Shown here one piece after another: positions 52,460-64,000 of a stretch of DNA of 64,000 bases. Source of the stretch: Ginglymostoma cirratum (Eukaryota); NCBI GenBank assembly GCA_024137785.1, contig JAHRHZ010000046.1:30792360-30856359 (forward strand), given 5' to 3'. Position numbers and translations under genes: made by a program. Below the pieces are notes generated by a model. It saw only the letters and a list, made by a program, of their open reading frames with translations. It ran no database searches and was not told the DNA's origin. Each line of letters begins with the position of its first letter. Positions within the stretch are counted from its first letter, which is position 1.

Positions 52460-53055
52460 AGTCAGCTAGCCAGGGTGATCAAATTCAGGATCCTGGCCTC
52501 ATTGGGGTTGACAGGCTGATTGTCAGGTTGACCATCACTTATTATCATTCTTTCTGCTATATTGTGGGCTATTTTCTCATGGAATGAGATAAAGGGATGT
52601 ATTAAGAAAGACGCAAGTGAGTGGTGGATCTGTAGATGCAGGTACAAATGAGAGAGTGAGATGGTGATGGTGCTCTGAAAGAGTGACTAGGTAACACAGA
52701 GGCCATGCAGAATGAGGAGTGTGCGAATGAGTGAGGGAAGATGTGGCATGAAATAGTGCGAGGCGGAAGGCTTGAGCTTTGGTAGGAAATGGGCGCAGTA
52801 GGAGAGTTAGAGTGAGTGTAAAGTATCGGAGAGAAGATGATAATGCTTATCCTGTCAGAGTAGAGAAGGAAATTGAACTTCTTCCTACACCCGCAGATGG
52901 CTGAGACTCCACTGGCCAGAGTGGTGACCTCAGACTATATTGGCATAGTCTGTTGGTGTGGCCACCTCTGAAAGTCCTGGGGGAAAAGGATGTCCCTCCT
53001 GTATATCGCCCAGTCCACCAGGACCTTAAGTCCTGTGAAGTGAGGGCCAGTTTTC
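52460..53055 (-). pseudogene. Harbinger Myb/SANT-like (second ORF) gene remnant with two exons
   Basis: Exon 1 PHFTGLKVLVDWAIYRRDILFPQD..SEVTT..CRKKFNFLL (~53048-52851); exon 2 EKIAHNIAER..QPVNPNEARILNLI (~52580-52470); both splice sites mutated. Confidence 0.7.
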
Positions 53056-53410
53056 ACTTATTTGCCATATCCAGGACAAATATGAGGAACTGTGCAGAGC
53101 AATTGCAGCCTGACAGTGCTTGTCCAAGTTCACAAAGGCCTGTTAAGGATGGTGCCAGTGTCAAGGAAGCCAGTCCATCCTGGAACATTCTAGCAGCAGT
53201 GAATAGTTCTGAAAATGACTAGTGGTAGAAGCAGGCTAGTATCTAACAAGGGGGCACTAAAGGGATGGGTAGGTAGTTAATTAGGTGCATTTGGGACATT
53301 AGGGAGAAAACCCCACTAGGCATTGTGGAGACAAACTCCCTCCTTAAGACTCAACACAAAACAGACTCTTCACTAAAACATGATGACATTCAGCTGTTTT
53401 GCTTCACATT

Positions 53411-53553
53411 TCATAGAAACATAGATGGCAGGAGGAGGAGGAGGCCATTTGGCTCTTCGAGCCTGCTCCGCCATTCTTCACGATCATGGCTGATCGTCCA
53501 ACTCAATGGCCTAACCCTGCTTTCTCCCCATAACCTTTGATCCCATTTGCCCC
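53411..53553 (-). mobile_element. CR1 3' end
   Basis: catagaaacatag...ggccatttggctcttcgagcctgctccgccatt...gatcatggctgatc. Confidence 0.85.
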
Positions 53554-56500
53554 AATTGCTATATGTAGCTGCCTCTGCTGCCATTTCCGAATATAATGGA
53601 AACTGACAAACACGTATTTCTAACCAAAGCTGTGGAATCACAAAATAAATTTAGCACAACACTTGATCAAGCAGATAAGTCACTGGACTCCTATCTCATC
53701 AACACAAGAGCCTACAAGGGATGGATTAAAATAGGGGCAGGCTCAGGTACACCCTTGTGTACTTTGTAAGAGTTGACTTAATAATAGCATCAGCCAGGGA
53801 TAGTTTTGCTTATTGAAGGACTATGGAAGGACAAGATGCAAATGTTGTATGACCAATATATTTAGTGCATTTTCATTTATGTAATCATATTTCGACTGAA
53901 GTGTAGCTCAAATAATCATTTATGTTTGTGAAACGTCTTGTGCTTAAAACCTACATCACAAATAACGGAGGTATAATATGGTACTGAGCTTTTGTTTAAA
54001 ATTCCCAGTCTGTTAATACACAGAGAAGGATTTAACCAGCTTAATCAAAACTTAAGGTTTAACTAATTTACCCCCACAGTGATTCCTCAGAGATACTGAA
54101 GTTAAACTTAATTTTATTATCCTGGTACTATAGGAGCCGATTACTACCTGCAATTCCTAGACAGCTCAGCTCCATAAAAATCTTTTGGCAGCTCTCTAAG
54201 CAGAAGATGCCTCCTCTTATTGGCTTTCACAGTGCTGTATTCATGAATATTTCCTTCAAAATTCACTGTCCTCATTCCTAATGGAAGCTGACAGAATGTA
54301 AATGAGTTTCTAAAGGAACCGGCAAAAGTGGTAATTTTTCTCATTTAATCTTTAAATGAACTGTCCGTCTCCCAGCTGCTGATCCTCATTAGAATTCTGA
54401 AACTAATCCCACCTATCAACACACGATTATGGATCTAGGTGAGATTTCCTACTTTAGGGTGAGTTGGCCGTTGAGATTTGACGTGCAGTATGCTGAACTT
54501 TCACTCGGTGGGGAGGCTGCCACACAAAAACAAATCTGCCTTTTTTGCAATAAATTCAGGTTTCCCTTTTGGCTCCTTAACATGAATTCCCTACCCCCAT
54601 CGTCACCAATATACACTGCCTGTGCAAAGAAGAAAGAGTTTGAATCCACTTCTGAATGAGGATCATTGTCCATTATGTTTTCTGAACAGCGTTTCTGACC
54701 AGGTTTACTGGGACCACACATTCCCAATGTCCTAAACAGCTTGGCTCAATGCAGTAAAGTCTTTATTATGGGGAAGACAATGTTTGTTTATGCATTTGTA
54801 ACACTTTCATTGGCTTATAGTCAATCAGGGTCTTTCACAGGCCAATGCTACCAAACAGAGAAAAAGAAAAATTCGACATTATTACTTTGCCATCCAAGTA
54901 ATGTGGCTGCGGGCTTGGACTATGAGCATTGAAAGCGAGGCTTAAATTCTGCGGCAACCATTCAAGTGTAGTTCATTGCCATTCTATTTCAATCATGTGT
55001 TTTTATGTGTTCAGCTACAATAAAGGGATTTAAAATTTGCTATGGTCATCATTATATAGTTTCAATGGACGCAAACAACTCCTCAGTAAACTTGCAATTA
55101 GCATTATAACAACTGGAGGCCTGATGGCTTCAGATTCACATCTGAATATATATTACGCAAATGGTCTTTAAGTTATTTTTTTTCTAAACAAGAGAAGAGT
55201 CTAAAAATCTGTACGGTGCCTCTTGGTCACAAGAGGATTGCTGACTACACAATTTTGCATAACAAAATCACTTTTCCATATAATGTTTTTGCATTTCATT
55301 CTAACAAATGCATCTTTTGTAAAATTACCATTGATATGCCTCTGTCAATATTCCACTTGTAACTATCATGCTATTTTAGTTTGGCTTTGTCATTAAAACA
55401 TAATCCAAAGACATTAAATGACTTAAGGCATCCAAAGCTAAAGAACTAAACAAAACCTCCCTTGTTAATTGGGGAAACTGTGTTTAATCTGGGAATTGTG
55501 TGGCCAATGAACAGTTATAATTTATGCAGCCTGTTTAAGATGTTAAATGAGCCATAAAGGGCAGATGACAGAGACAAATAATCCTCTTTCCTTGAATGGG
55601 CAAAGTTTGAAGACCCATGTTTACTTTTGCACTGAAATACTGTGTGAGGCTCTATGGGGTGGTTATCAAGCTCAATCCCTTTTTTAACCTTCAGCTCTAA
55701 ACAGAACAGCTCCTCCTTAGTGTCGTCAATTACATAAAGTCAAATACTTCATGTTTCCAGCTTAGACACTTAACGTTTCTATACCTGCAAATAAATAAGT
55801 TCAAGTAACGTTTTGCCCACACATAAATAATTACAGCACCAAAATGTTAATGACGAGTTTTGGTTCTTGACTGAACGACATTTTGGACAGATTACAATAA
55901 TCCAAGCATTAAGTACAGTGAGTGGAATGGAAAAGTGGGTTAGAATATTTTCTGTCACCTCTAGGAAATGAATTGGAATCCACCTTATACAGATAGAATT
56001 AAAATATCACTTTCCAATCTTTACCAGGGGTCTTAGATAAAATTAATATGGAAAGTCACACTGTTGTTCCCAGTTAGTTGATGCAAGGCTATAGGATAAT
56101 TCTGTTTCTAAGTGAGTATATTATTTGGCACCAACTGGACAATGTTAATTCAAGTGAGCATATTTTGAGCAGATGGTATGGAAAATGGATATTCTATGTT
56201 GGTTCAGCAGGAGGTGCTCATCTAGAGCTCAGTTTGAAACACATCATCATGCAGTATGGGGAGTTTCAACAAGGCATCTCATTTTTTGGCACAACTGACT
56301 TCAATTTACTCCCACAGGAGTATTCCCACTGCACTTTTATCCAGCTACGACACATAGTTTACAGCATGAACAAGTTATATTGTTTGCTGTGTTGGAATTT
56401 TATATAATTAATTTGTTAGTAGGATAAAATCTACTGCAGTAAGTCAGAATATGTTTTTGTCAAGAAAGTGCTATCTTCCAAAAACAAGAAATTCCTTGAC

Positions 56501-56906
56501 TATGATTATGTTCTGCCAGTGATACACTACTGGGGTTAGATCAACATGCGATTAGGTTACTGACAGATTATTATTGTTACTGAAAGTACTTCTGATTTTG
56601 CAACATACCACATCAAGACTTAGCTAACATTCTCTATTTATTTAATTTGTTACGATGCCCTACTCATTTTTCTCAATACAACTCAGTTTCTTTCCAGCAG
56701 GTGGCAGCACCTTCCAACTCTTCCATTGGAAAAGTGAATGGAGCGTTGTTGACAACTGCCACAATTTCATTCCAAGCAATAAGTCTAACCAAACTTCCCC
56801 CAGTGTCACAGACAACTGAAGAACTGGGTTAAGCAGGGAAGGTACATGCCTAATAATTGAAATGCTGGCCACCAAGTAGTGGAAGTAAACTGAAGGAAGA
56901 ATCAAC

Positions 56907-56976
56907 ATTGTATCAGAGATAAAAGGTACTGCAGATGCTGGAGAATCCGAGATAACAAGCATGGGGCTGGATGAAC
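56907..56976 (-). mobile_element. Young PLE family A end running into a gap
   Basis: Identical to ~29046-29116 (attgtatcagagataaaaggtactgcagatgctggagaatccgag...). Confidence 0.85.
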
Positions 56977-57376
56977 NNNNNNNNNNNNNNNNNNNNNNNN
57001 NNNNNNNNNNNNNNNNNNNNNNNNNNNNNNNNNNNNNNNNNNNNNNNNNNNNNNNNNNNNNNNNNNNNNNNNNNNNNNNNNNNNNNNNNNNNNNNNNNNN
57101 NNNNNNNNNNNNNNNNNNNNNNNNNNNNNNNNNNNNNNNNNNNNNNNNNNNNNNNNNNNNNNNNNNNNNNNNNNNNNNNNNNNNNNNNNNNNNNNNNNNN
57201 NNNNNNNNNNNNNNNNNNNNNNNNNNNNNNNNNNNNNNNNNNNNNNNNNNNNNNNNNNNNNNNNNNNNNNNNNNNNNNNNNNNNNNNNNNNNNNNNNNNN
57301 NNNNNNNNNNNNNNNNNNNNNNNNNNNNNNNNNNNNNNNNNNNNNNNNNNNNNNNNNNNNNNNNNNNNNNNNNNNN
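56977..57376. other. Assembly gap (400 N)
   Basis: N run. Confidence 1.
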
Positions 57377-60300
57377 TCCTTACAGAGATAGATAACAGCG
57401 AAGTGCTGGAAAGGTTGCTTTCTGAAATGTGATAATGTCCCTGATAGAAACTGGACAAAGAAAATAAAGCAAGAAAAACACTTCTCACTAATCAATAGTT
57501 TTTGTGCCCATTCTTTCAAGGAGGGAACAATCAAGCATTTTAACCAAAGTTTTCATTCAAAATATTTTTTCCTTATTTTGCAAATATGCTGGAATAGCTC
57601 TCAAAACCTGTTCCAAATCACAGGAAATCAAATGCTTAGTTTATTTTTCAATGACAATTTAAAGGGGTATAGTTATCTATTGGTGATGATCAGTTTCGGT
57701 TAATTTGGGAACAATATATCCATTTTCCAGAAAAGTTTGTACTTCCAGCTCATCGTGGACACATCAAAGTGGCCAGACATCACTTTTCTAATCACTACAT
57801 GGAATAAAATTAAATCATTTCACTGACTTGGTAACATTGGTTTAAGAAACACTCGCGTTATTCACTTGAATCATAATCACAATGGATTTAAGACATTTTT
57901 GAGCAGTTTTCTAGAGAGTCAGTTTGTTGTTACAGTGGCCTATGCTTAGGGAACCTTATTTTGTGGTAGCAACTTAATATTCGGCACATTTTTCCCACAA
58001 TTTAATACTGTTTTAATTTAGGAAGAATTTTAATTACAAATTACTTAAAGATAATGCTTGGTTGCAGAGCTCAAGAGACTACGCATGCATTTGTCAGTGG
58101 AGATTACTTCAATCTACAACCAAGGTACAAATAATTTTATTTAAATGATCTAGTATTGTTGTGTTAATTTAACATAATGCCCTTATTCACACTTCACAGA
58201 TGATTGTGTCACTCTAATGCAGTTGTACAGTTGTAAAACAGTCCTTTGGGAACACGCTGACATTTACTGAATGACATTCTTTATAATAAAGGGTGGTGTA
58301 ATTACAACTGTTCATGAGAGGCACCTACAGCTGGAGTTAGATGGCTGAATAAGCCAGTGACCAGTCTATAAAGACAATCATCAGTCTTAGGGCTAATCTC
58401 CATGCACAAATGTTTTTTTAACGTTATTATGATGCCTATGTGCCAAAACTTAAAATAACACCTGGTTTGTTGATTTGATTACAGTGAAATAATTTATTTA
58501 GTGACTATTCAGAATTTTAAAAGAAACCTTAGATTCTTCATATTTCTATATCTTTATGTAAATTAATATTTGTGATTAAATATTTACAGAAATAGTGTTT
58601 GTAGCTGTTATATCAAAGAAAAAACTTGCACATTTTGAAAACTGTAAAGATCTTTCAGTGTTCCCGGAAGAAAATAAGCTTACATCTTAGAAACTGCACT
58701 GACCCTTCTGACCCAGGACTCTGCATACCACATTCTGAAACTTTGCCAATCTTTCATCATCACTGCAGAACAAAACAGTTTTAATGTGAACTGCACATTT
58801 TCTCTTTAGTCTTGCATCTAATGCCATCAAACAATTTACATGTACCCAAAAAGCATGCACTCCTGCTTAAAAATATTACAGAGAAAATCGCAAGTTGTTA
58901 ACGCTAGACTGGAATCAGCTGTCTGTTTCTCACACCAGTCAATTGTATCATCAAGTATGAGCTGAGGATCAACCAACTGGCAATGGTATGCGTATGTGGG
59001 GGAGGGAAGGGTGAAGGTGAACATGTAGTAACCTGAAATAACAGGCCACTGAGGATAACAGCCTTCTCTTCTCCATTCTATTCATCACCACAATAAAAGA
59101 CCAAGCATCTGTATTCAGCTGGAAATATTTACTGACTCGAAGTCAGCGGCAGTTTCCAACAGAAACTTTTAAGTAATGCAGCAACGGGAAAATTACATTT
59201 CAACTCTCCGGAATTTAGTGCACCTCCAAAAGTTTGTTGGCTTTCAGTTGTAATATGCACTGACCACTGTATTCATTTGATTCAGCAGTAGTGAGAGTGA
59301 CTCGAACAGGTTGAACCTGACGCCTTTAAGTGATTGATAGTGCCACGGCTGTATTTTTATTCAGTACACTCCACACTAGTGAAGATCTGTGAGGAGAGGC
59401 AGACAGCTAAAGGCTGATGTCATTTTTTCATTTAATAGCTGACATTTGCCAGATAAAGCAGCAGCGACACCCAACAGTATACTCACTGGCCATCTGAGCA
59501 TCCGACATCTTACACACGAGCATCTTTTACACCAGTGGAAATCTCAAATCTCAAATTTGCAATAAAGAACATTTTTTTTCATTTTTTATTGCAATTCATT
59601 TGCACTGTTTGAGACAGTATTGTATTATAGCTCCTATCCCCTTAAATACATACACATGGACGAAGATTCTCCCTAATATGGGAGGTACAATGTTCTCAAC
59701 TGTCCAATGATACAAGAAAGCTAACTCGTATAAAGAAAGCAAATATTTCTGATTACTTCTGGATGTTTGAGTTGACATTAGATACAGACTATTCAGGTTA
59801 TATTTTCTAATTCTTTCCTGAGGGAGATTCACTGTATATACTGTGAATGCCAGAACAGTACCTACTGCTTGCAATTTCATGTTAATACGCTTACAACAGT
59901 CAAGATGCCTCTTATTTTGGCTAGAGCTCTTCTCATAACTTCATAATATTTCTGTCATGAAGTAGGCCAAAAAACATTGACTTTCACTTTTGCAAGGAGG
60001 TGCTTTCTCGTGCCCTGCTAACAGCAGGCTAAAGTAGTAATTGAAAGGGTAGTTACCCAAATGAAAACTAGCAGATAGCTTTCACTAGTACAAATCAACA
60101 GCCACAAGGCTTTATGTAAAACCAAAATGTAAGTTCCTATCCCCGGTACAATAAAAATGACAAGAGATTTTGTTTCTCAGGAAGTGTTGATAGGGGAACA
60201 CTTATGTTTGGGTGGAATGACTAATGAATCACTCAATATCCAGATTCCACCAGTGGGAAGGAAATCTCTGGAGGTCCAGAAGCTTCTTCACTAAATAAAG

Positions 60301-62059
60301 GAAAGGCACGAGCCTTTATACATGAGTTTTCAACCTGCCTGAACATTTACAAACCAATTGCAAACCAATGGTGTTATTGATTGATTACATACATATCAAA
60401 TTAAGTCAATCATGTGACTGCATGGCCAATGATATGCAACTCTAGATCTTCCCATGAAATCATGATGTATACCAGAGACCCTTATCACCTATCTTTGGGC
60501 TTTCACAATGCATCTTATTCAACCACATTCCAATGCAGCTGACTTCTGCATCTGTCAATCGATCATTCCTGCTAACAGGTTGCGGGGGGCTTCTGTCCGT
60601 TGTCTAAGGCTGCCTGTCCACAGGAATTCATGTAAATCCCTTAATGTTAGTTTGTTGGATGTATTTAGAACTTCAGTGTACCTGTACAAGTGTATACAAT
60701 ACGTAATAGCAATTACTTAAAGAATCTTAATTATTGGGAAGTCAGGTTTTTTTCTTCTAATCTTTACTAAATAATGAGCCAGCTGTCAAAAGCAGCCCCT
60801 ATCTTGGCTTTTCAAGGGTCTTCCTTGTCAAGACAGCCTCTGTATCTAAAGATGATTCTACAGGAACCCAATTAAATCCCTTGATGTTGAATACATTAAA
60901 ACTACTATTATCTGTGTATACATATGTGCAATTGCAGTCACCTAAAGGATCCTAACTAATGTGAATCAAGCTTTTCCCCTTCTAACTCATATTAAATAGC
61001 AAACTTTAAATTAGCTTGCAAGAAAGCCTTCTATCAGTGCTTCCCTTATCAAAACTCCCTCAGTGTAAACAGTGGCTACAATTTGCTTCTTCCTAATAAG
61101 ACCCTATTGCCTGATTTCTATGAGACACTTTATTATCTTATCTAGTTCCTGTGAGTAAGAAGGCCGCACTTCTGACTGTACACTACTGCTTCAACTAACA
61201 ATCTTTTTTGGCTATTTTAACGTCAACTAAAATCCGTGGGCAGCCATTTTAACTAAGAAGCCATGGGCAGCCCTAGCACTTATGAAGGGAAGGAAAGGCT
61301 AAGAGTGTCAGTAATAAGGGAAATGTGTATGTCTGGGAAGGAATGTAAAGCAGCTGTTATAAACTTTCAGAATGACAGTAGTCTCCTTATTTAAGTCTAT
61401 TCCTCACAGTTTTTATTTTGTTTTTGCCCTAACAGCTTACCTTCTGCTCCATTGGCAATATTTAAATTCAATCAATGCCAAAGTGGCCACTGGAGAGAAG
61501 GGAATGTTTCTGTGTTGCAGTTAAAGGAAAATAAACATGACAGAAAGGGTAAGGTGACAAATACATCATTTTTGTCACCCAGTGCCCCAGGAATCTGTGT
61601 GTATCTTCTTGTGACCTGTACTACCTCCTGGAGAAGACTGCTGGAAAATGACATGCACCATTATGGCTGGTTCTGGGCCATTTCTGAAATATTACAGCTT
61701 GCCTTGGGAGAGATGAAGTTTCTGCCTTTATCTTCAAATGCAAATATTATTACAGTGGAGCCAGGACAGGAGATATCTTATGTTCTCCTGTCATAACTTG
61801 AATGACATGCTTTATGGTCAGTTCACTCATCGTTCTCGCAATCTGAGAGCAAGAATTCCATATCTATTGGGCAGGGACAGTGACTGAGGCCTCTCTGAAG
61901 CTAACTTCTGGGAGATGCCGCTTCTTTTGATACAACCTAATAAGATAGATATGTTGTGTGAGATGCATTGCCTCCACCTCTAGAAAAGTGCATGTGGGAA
62001 CCCACAAGTATCCTGCCTCCTTAAAAGAAAGTTAACTTTATTGTTTCAATATATACCAG

Positions 62060-63965
62060 GACTGGGAGCCAGTACAGTTGAGAAATTGAGTTGTAAAAAA
62101 TTTAAAATCCAAGTTAATTAATGAACTAGAACAGAGATGGCTTGTACATGATGTGTTACAGCTATTGTATGTGGAGCTGGTGGATGCTGGTGCAATCCAC
62201 AGTGACCACATGTGCAGCAATGTTTGGCTCCTTGAGGAACTTCAGCTCAGTGTTGATGAGCTGGTGCCTGAGCTGCAGACTGCGACATATCAGAGAGGGA
62301 AAGAGGCAGCTGGTCACTACGTTTCAGGAGGTAGTCACACCACTGTGATTAATTACATAAAATTTAGTCCGTAGTTGGGATAGGGGGTTGGTGACTGTGA
62401 GCAAGGCAGGTGCAGGAATCCTGAAGTTAGCTTCAGAGAAGCCTTATTCACTGTCCCTGCCCAATAGACATGGGATTCTTAAAACCATCATCCAGACTGT
62501 CATTCAAGTCGTGTCAGGAGAGCGGAGCAGAGAGTTGAAATATAGTTGTAATTGGGAATGATATATTTATGGTAATTGATGATGTTTTCTGCAGGAAAGA
62601 CAGAGTCCCCAGTATAGTCTACCTGGTTTAGGACATCTCTTCCTGGTGGAGAAGAACTTGGGAAATGAGGTGAAACATCCAGTTACTGTGGTCAATGTAT
62701 TTACCAACCACATAGGTGAGACAAGGAAAAGCGTTCTGCTGAGATATTATGAGCAACTCAGGGTTAATTTAAAAAGCAGAACCACAAAGATAATAAGCTC
62801 TTGATTACTACATGAGCCACGTGCAAACTAGCATCAGGTAAATAACATTAGAGAGGCAAATGTATGGCTCAATAATTACATTGGGACAAATGAATTCCAA
62901 TCCGTTGAGTTGTGGTGCTTGTACTGGGGAAAGGGAGAGCTGTTCCACTGGGACAGGCTTCATTTGAAGCATGCAGAGACCAATGTCCCAATGAATTATG
63001 TAACTAGAATTGTAGATAGAGATTTAAACTAATTAATTGGAGGAGAGTTCAGTTGGAGGGAAGTTTAAAAAATCAAAGAGAAAAGATGGCAGAGATGCAG
63101 ATAGTGATTAGGCAAATGACGATCAATGTGTGACAGGAAGGGACAGAAAATATAAGCAGGAGAGTGCAGCACATATTAGAACCACAGAGAGTACATACTG
63201 GTAAAAAGTTAAAGCATTAAGCCCTTTATCTGAATCCATGCAGCATTTGTAACAAGATAGTTAAGCCAACGGCACAAATAGAGATTAATGAATATGAATT
63301 GATGGCAATTACAGAGAAGCTGTTGCAGGGCAAAAATACTAGAAACTCAGCATTCAAGGAGATTTGATGTTCCAGAAGAAAAGGCGAAAAGAAAAGAAAT
63401 GAGATGAGATAGCTTTATTAAAGGAAGACTATGTTAATAAAGGAAGATTCATGTGGATGACATTATATACTTCATAAAACTACCAGTTAAATAGGGTGAT
63501 AATGGGAGAAAAGATCTTGTAGCAGTCTCTATCACAAGGGCAAATTATTTGACAAACTAATGGAACTAAAAACAGACAAGTCACCATAACCAGGTGGCCT
63601 GTGACCGGGAGTTTAAGGAAGTGGCTGCAGACATAGTCGAGGCATTGGTCAAAATATTTCAGAACTCACTGGATGGCAGGAGAGGTCCATCAGATTGGCA
63701 AGTAATTAAACCTTTCTTCAGAGTGATTCCGGTTCTGAAGCAGGTTCACTGGACTCAAAATGTTAACTTTGCTTTGTCTCCACAGATGCTGCCAGACCTG
63801 CTGAGTTTCTCCAGCAATTTTTGTTTTTGGTTCAAACCATAGACCAGTTAGCCTAACATCTGTTGTTGGAAAGAAGAGCTGAGGCCTGGGGCATGATCAT
63901 GTCGAACAGCAGGTTAGGCTTGAGGGAACAAATGAATTACTCCTGCTCCTATTTGTTATGCTCTT
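62060..63965 (+). mobile_element. Internally deleted CR1 LINE (ORF1 zinc finger/coiled coil and esterase, ORF2 endonuclease start, pre-RT fragment, 3' tail)
   Basis: C..C.MW..DHMCSN.WLLEELQLSVDEL; esterase-like VVIGN and LFHWDRLHL; ALYLNPCSICNK..MAITE; KEVAADIVEALVKIFQNSL..PSDWQ; tail actcctgctcctatt. Confidence 0.8.
63728..63832 (+). mobile_element. PLE family B arm inserted in the CR1
   Basis: gttctgaagcaggttcactggactcaaaatgttaact...cacagatgctgccagacctgctgagtttctccagca. Confidence 0.8.
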
Positions 63966-64000
63966 TGGCTTGATCTGTGAGAGGGGAAAGGATGGCAATG

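Noticed and set aside
54449-54727. 92-aa minus-strand ORF with an internal acceptor-like site
   Set aside because: No recognisable protein and no convincing donor; cannot be supported as an exon
59487-59525. Minus-strand MSDAQMA resembling a myosin heavy chain N-terminus
   Set aside because: Only 7 residues, and no further myosin sequence follows
1-63832. Recurring ~30-100 bp repeats as a CRISPR array or a DNA-transposon MITE family
   Set aside because: Dispersed rather than regularly spaced, with no cas genes in a vertebrate context; asymmetric arms, long TSDs and hammerhead motifs fit Penelope-like retroelements better

Overview
AT-rich, CpG-poor vertebrate DNA. The repeat content (HE1-type SINEs, CR1 LINEs, a Deu-type SINE) points to a cartilaginous fish, most likely a shark; this is inferred from recalled repeat families. 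I could not identify any intact host protein-coding exon, so the window looks intronic or intergenic, and it has two 400-N gaps. It contains decayed CR1, CR1/L2-group and Rex/Babar LINEs, SINEs, remnants of a Harbinger transposase and a Harbinger Myb/SANT gene, and Gypsy gag/pol remnants. The most striking signal is about 20 short Penelope-like (PLE) terminal-repeat insertions from three related families. Many are fold-back inverted repeats, and five have exact 13-14 bp target-site duplications (TSDs). In the best-preserved two-armed copies one arm is 33-46 nt longer than the other, and the arms carry a minimal type I hammerhead ribozyme motif (CUGAnGA-helix II-GAAACGUH). One young copy (28822-29407) has two same-strand hammerheads 275 nt apart, a retrozyme-like layout. 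Candidate regulatory features are a phased E-box triplet, a CpG-enriched putative first exon and an octamer palindrome. All family assignments come from motif recognition, not database searches.
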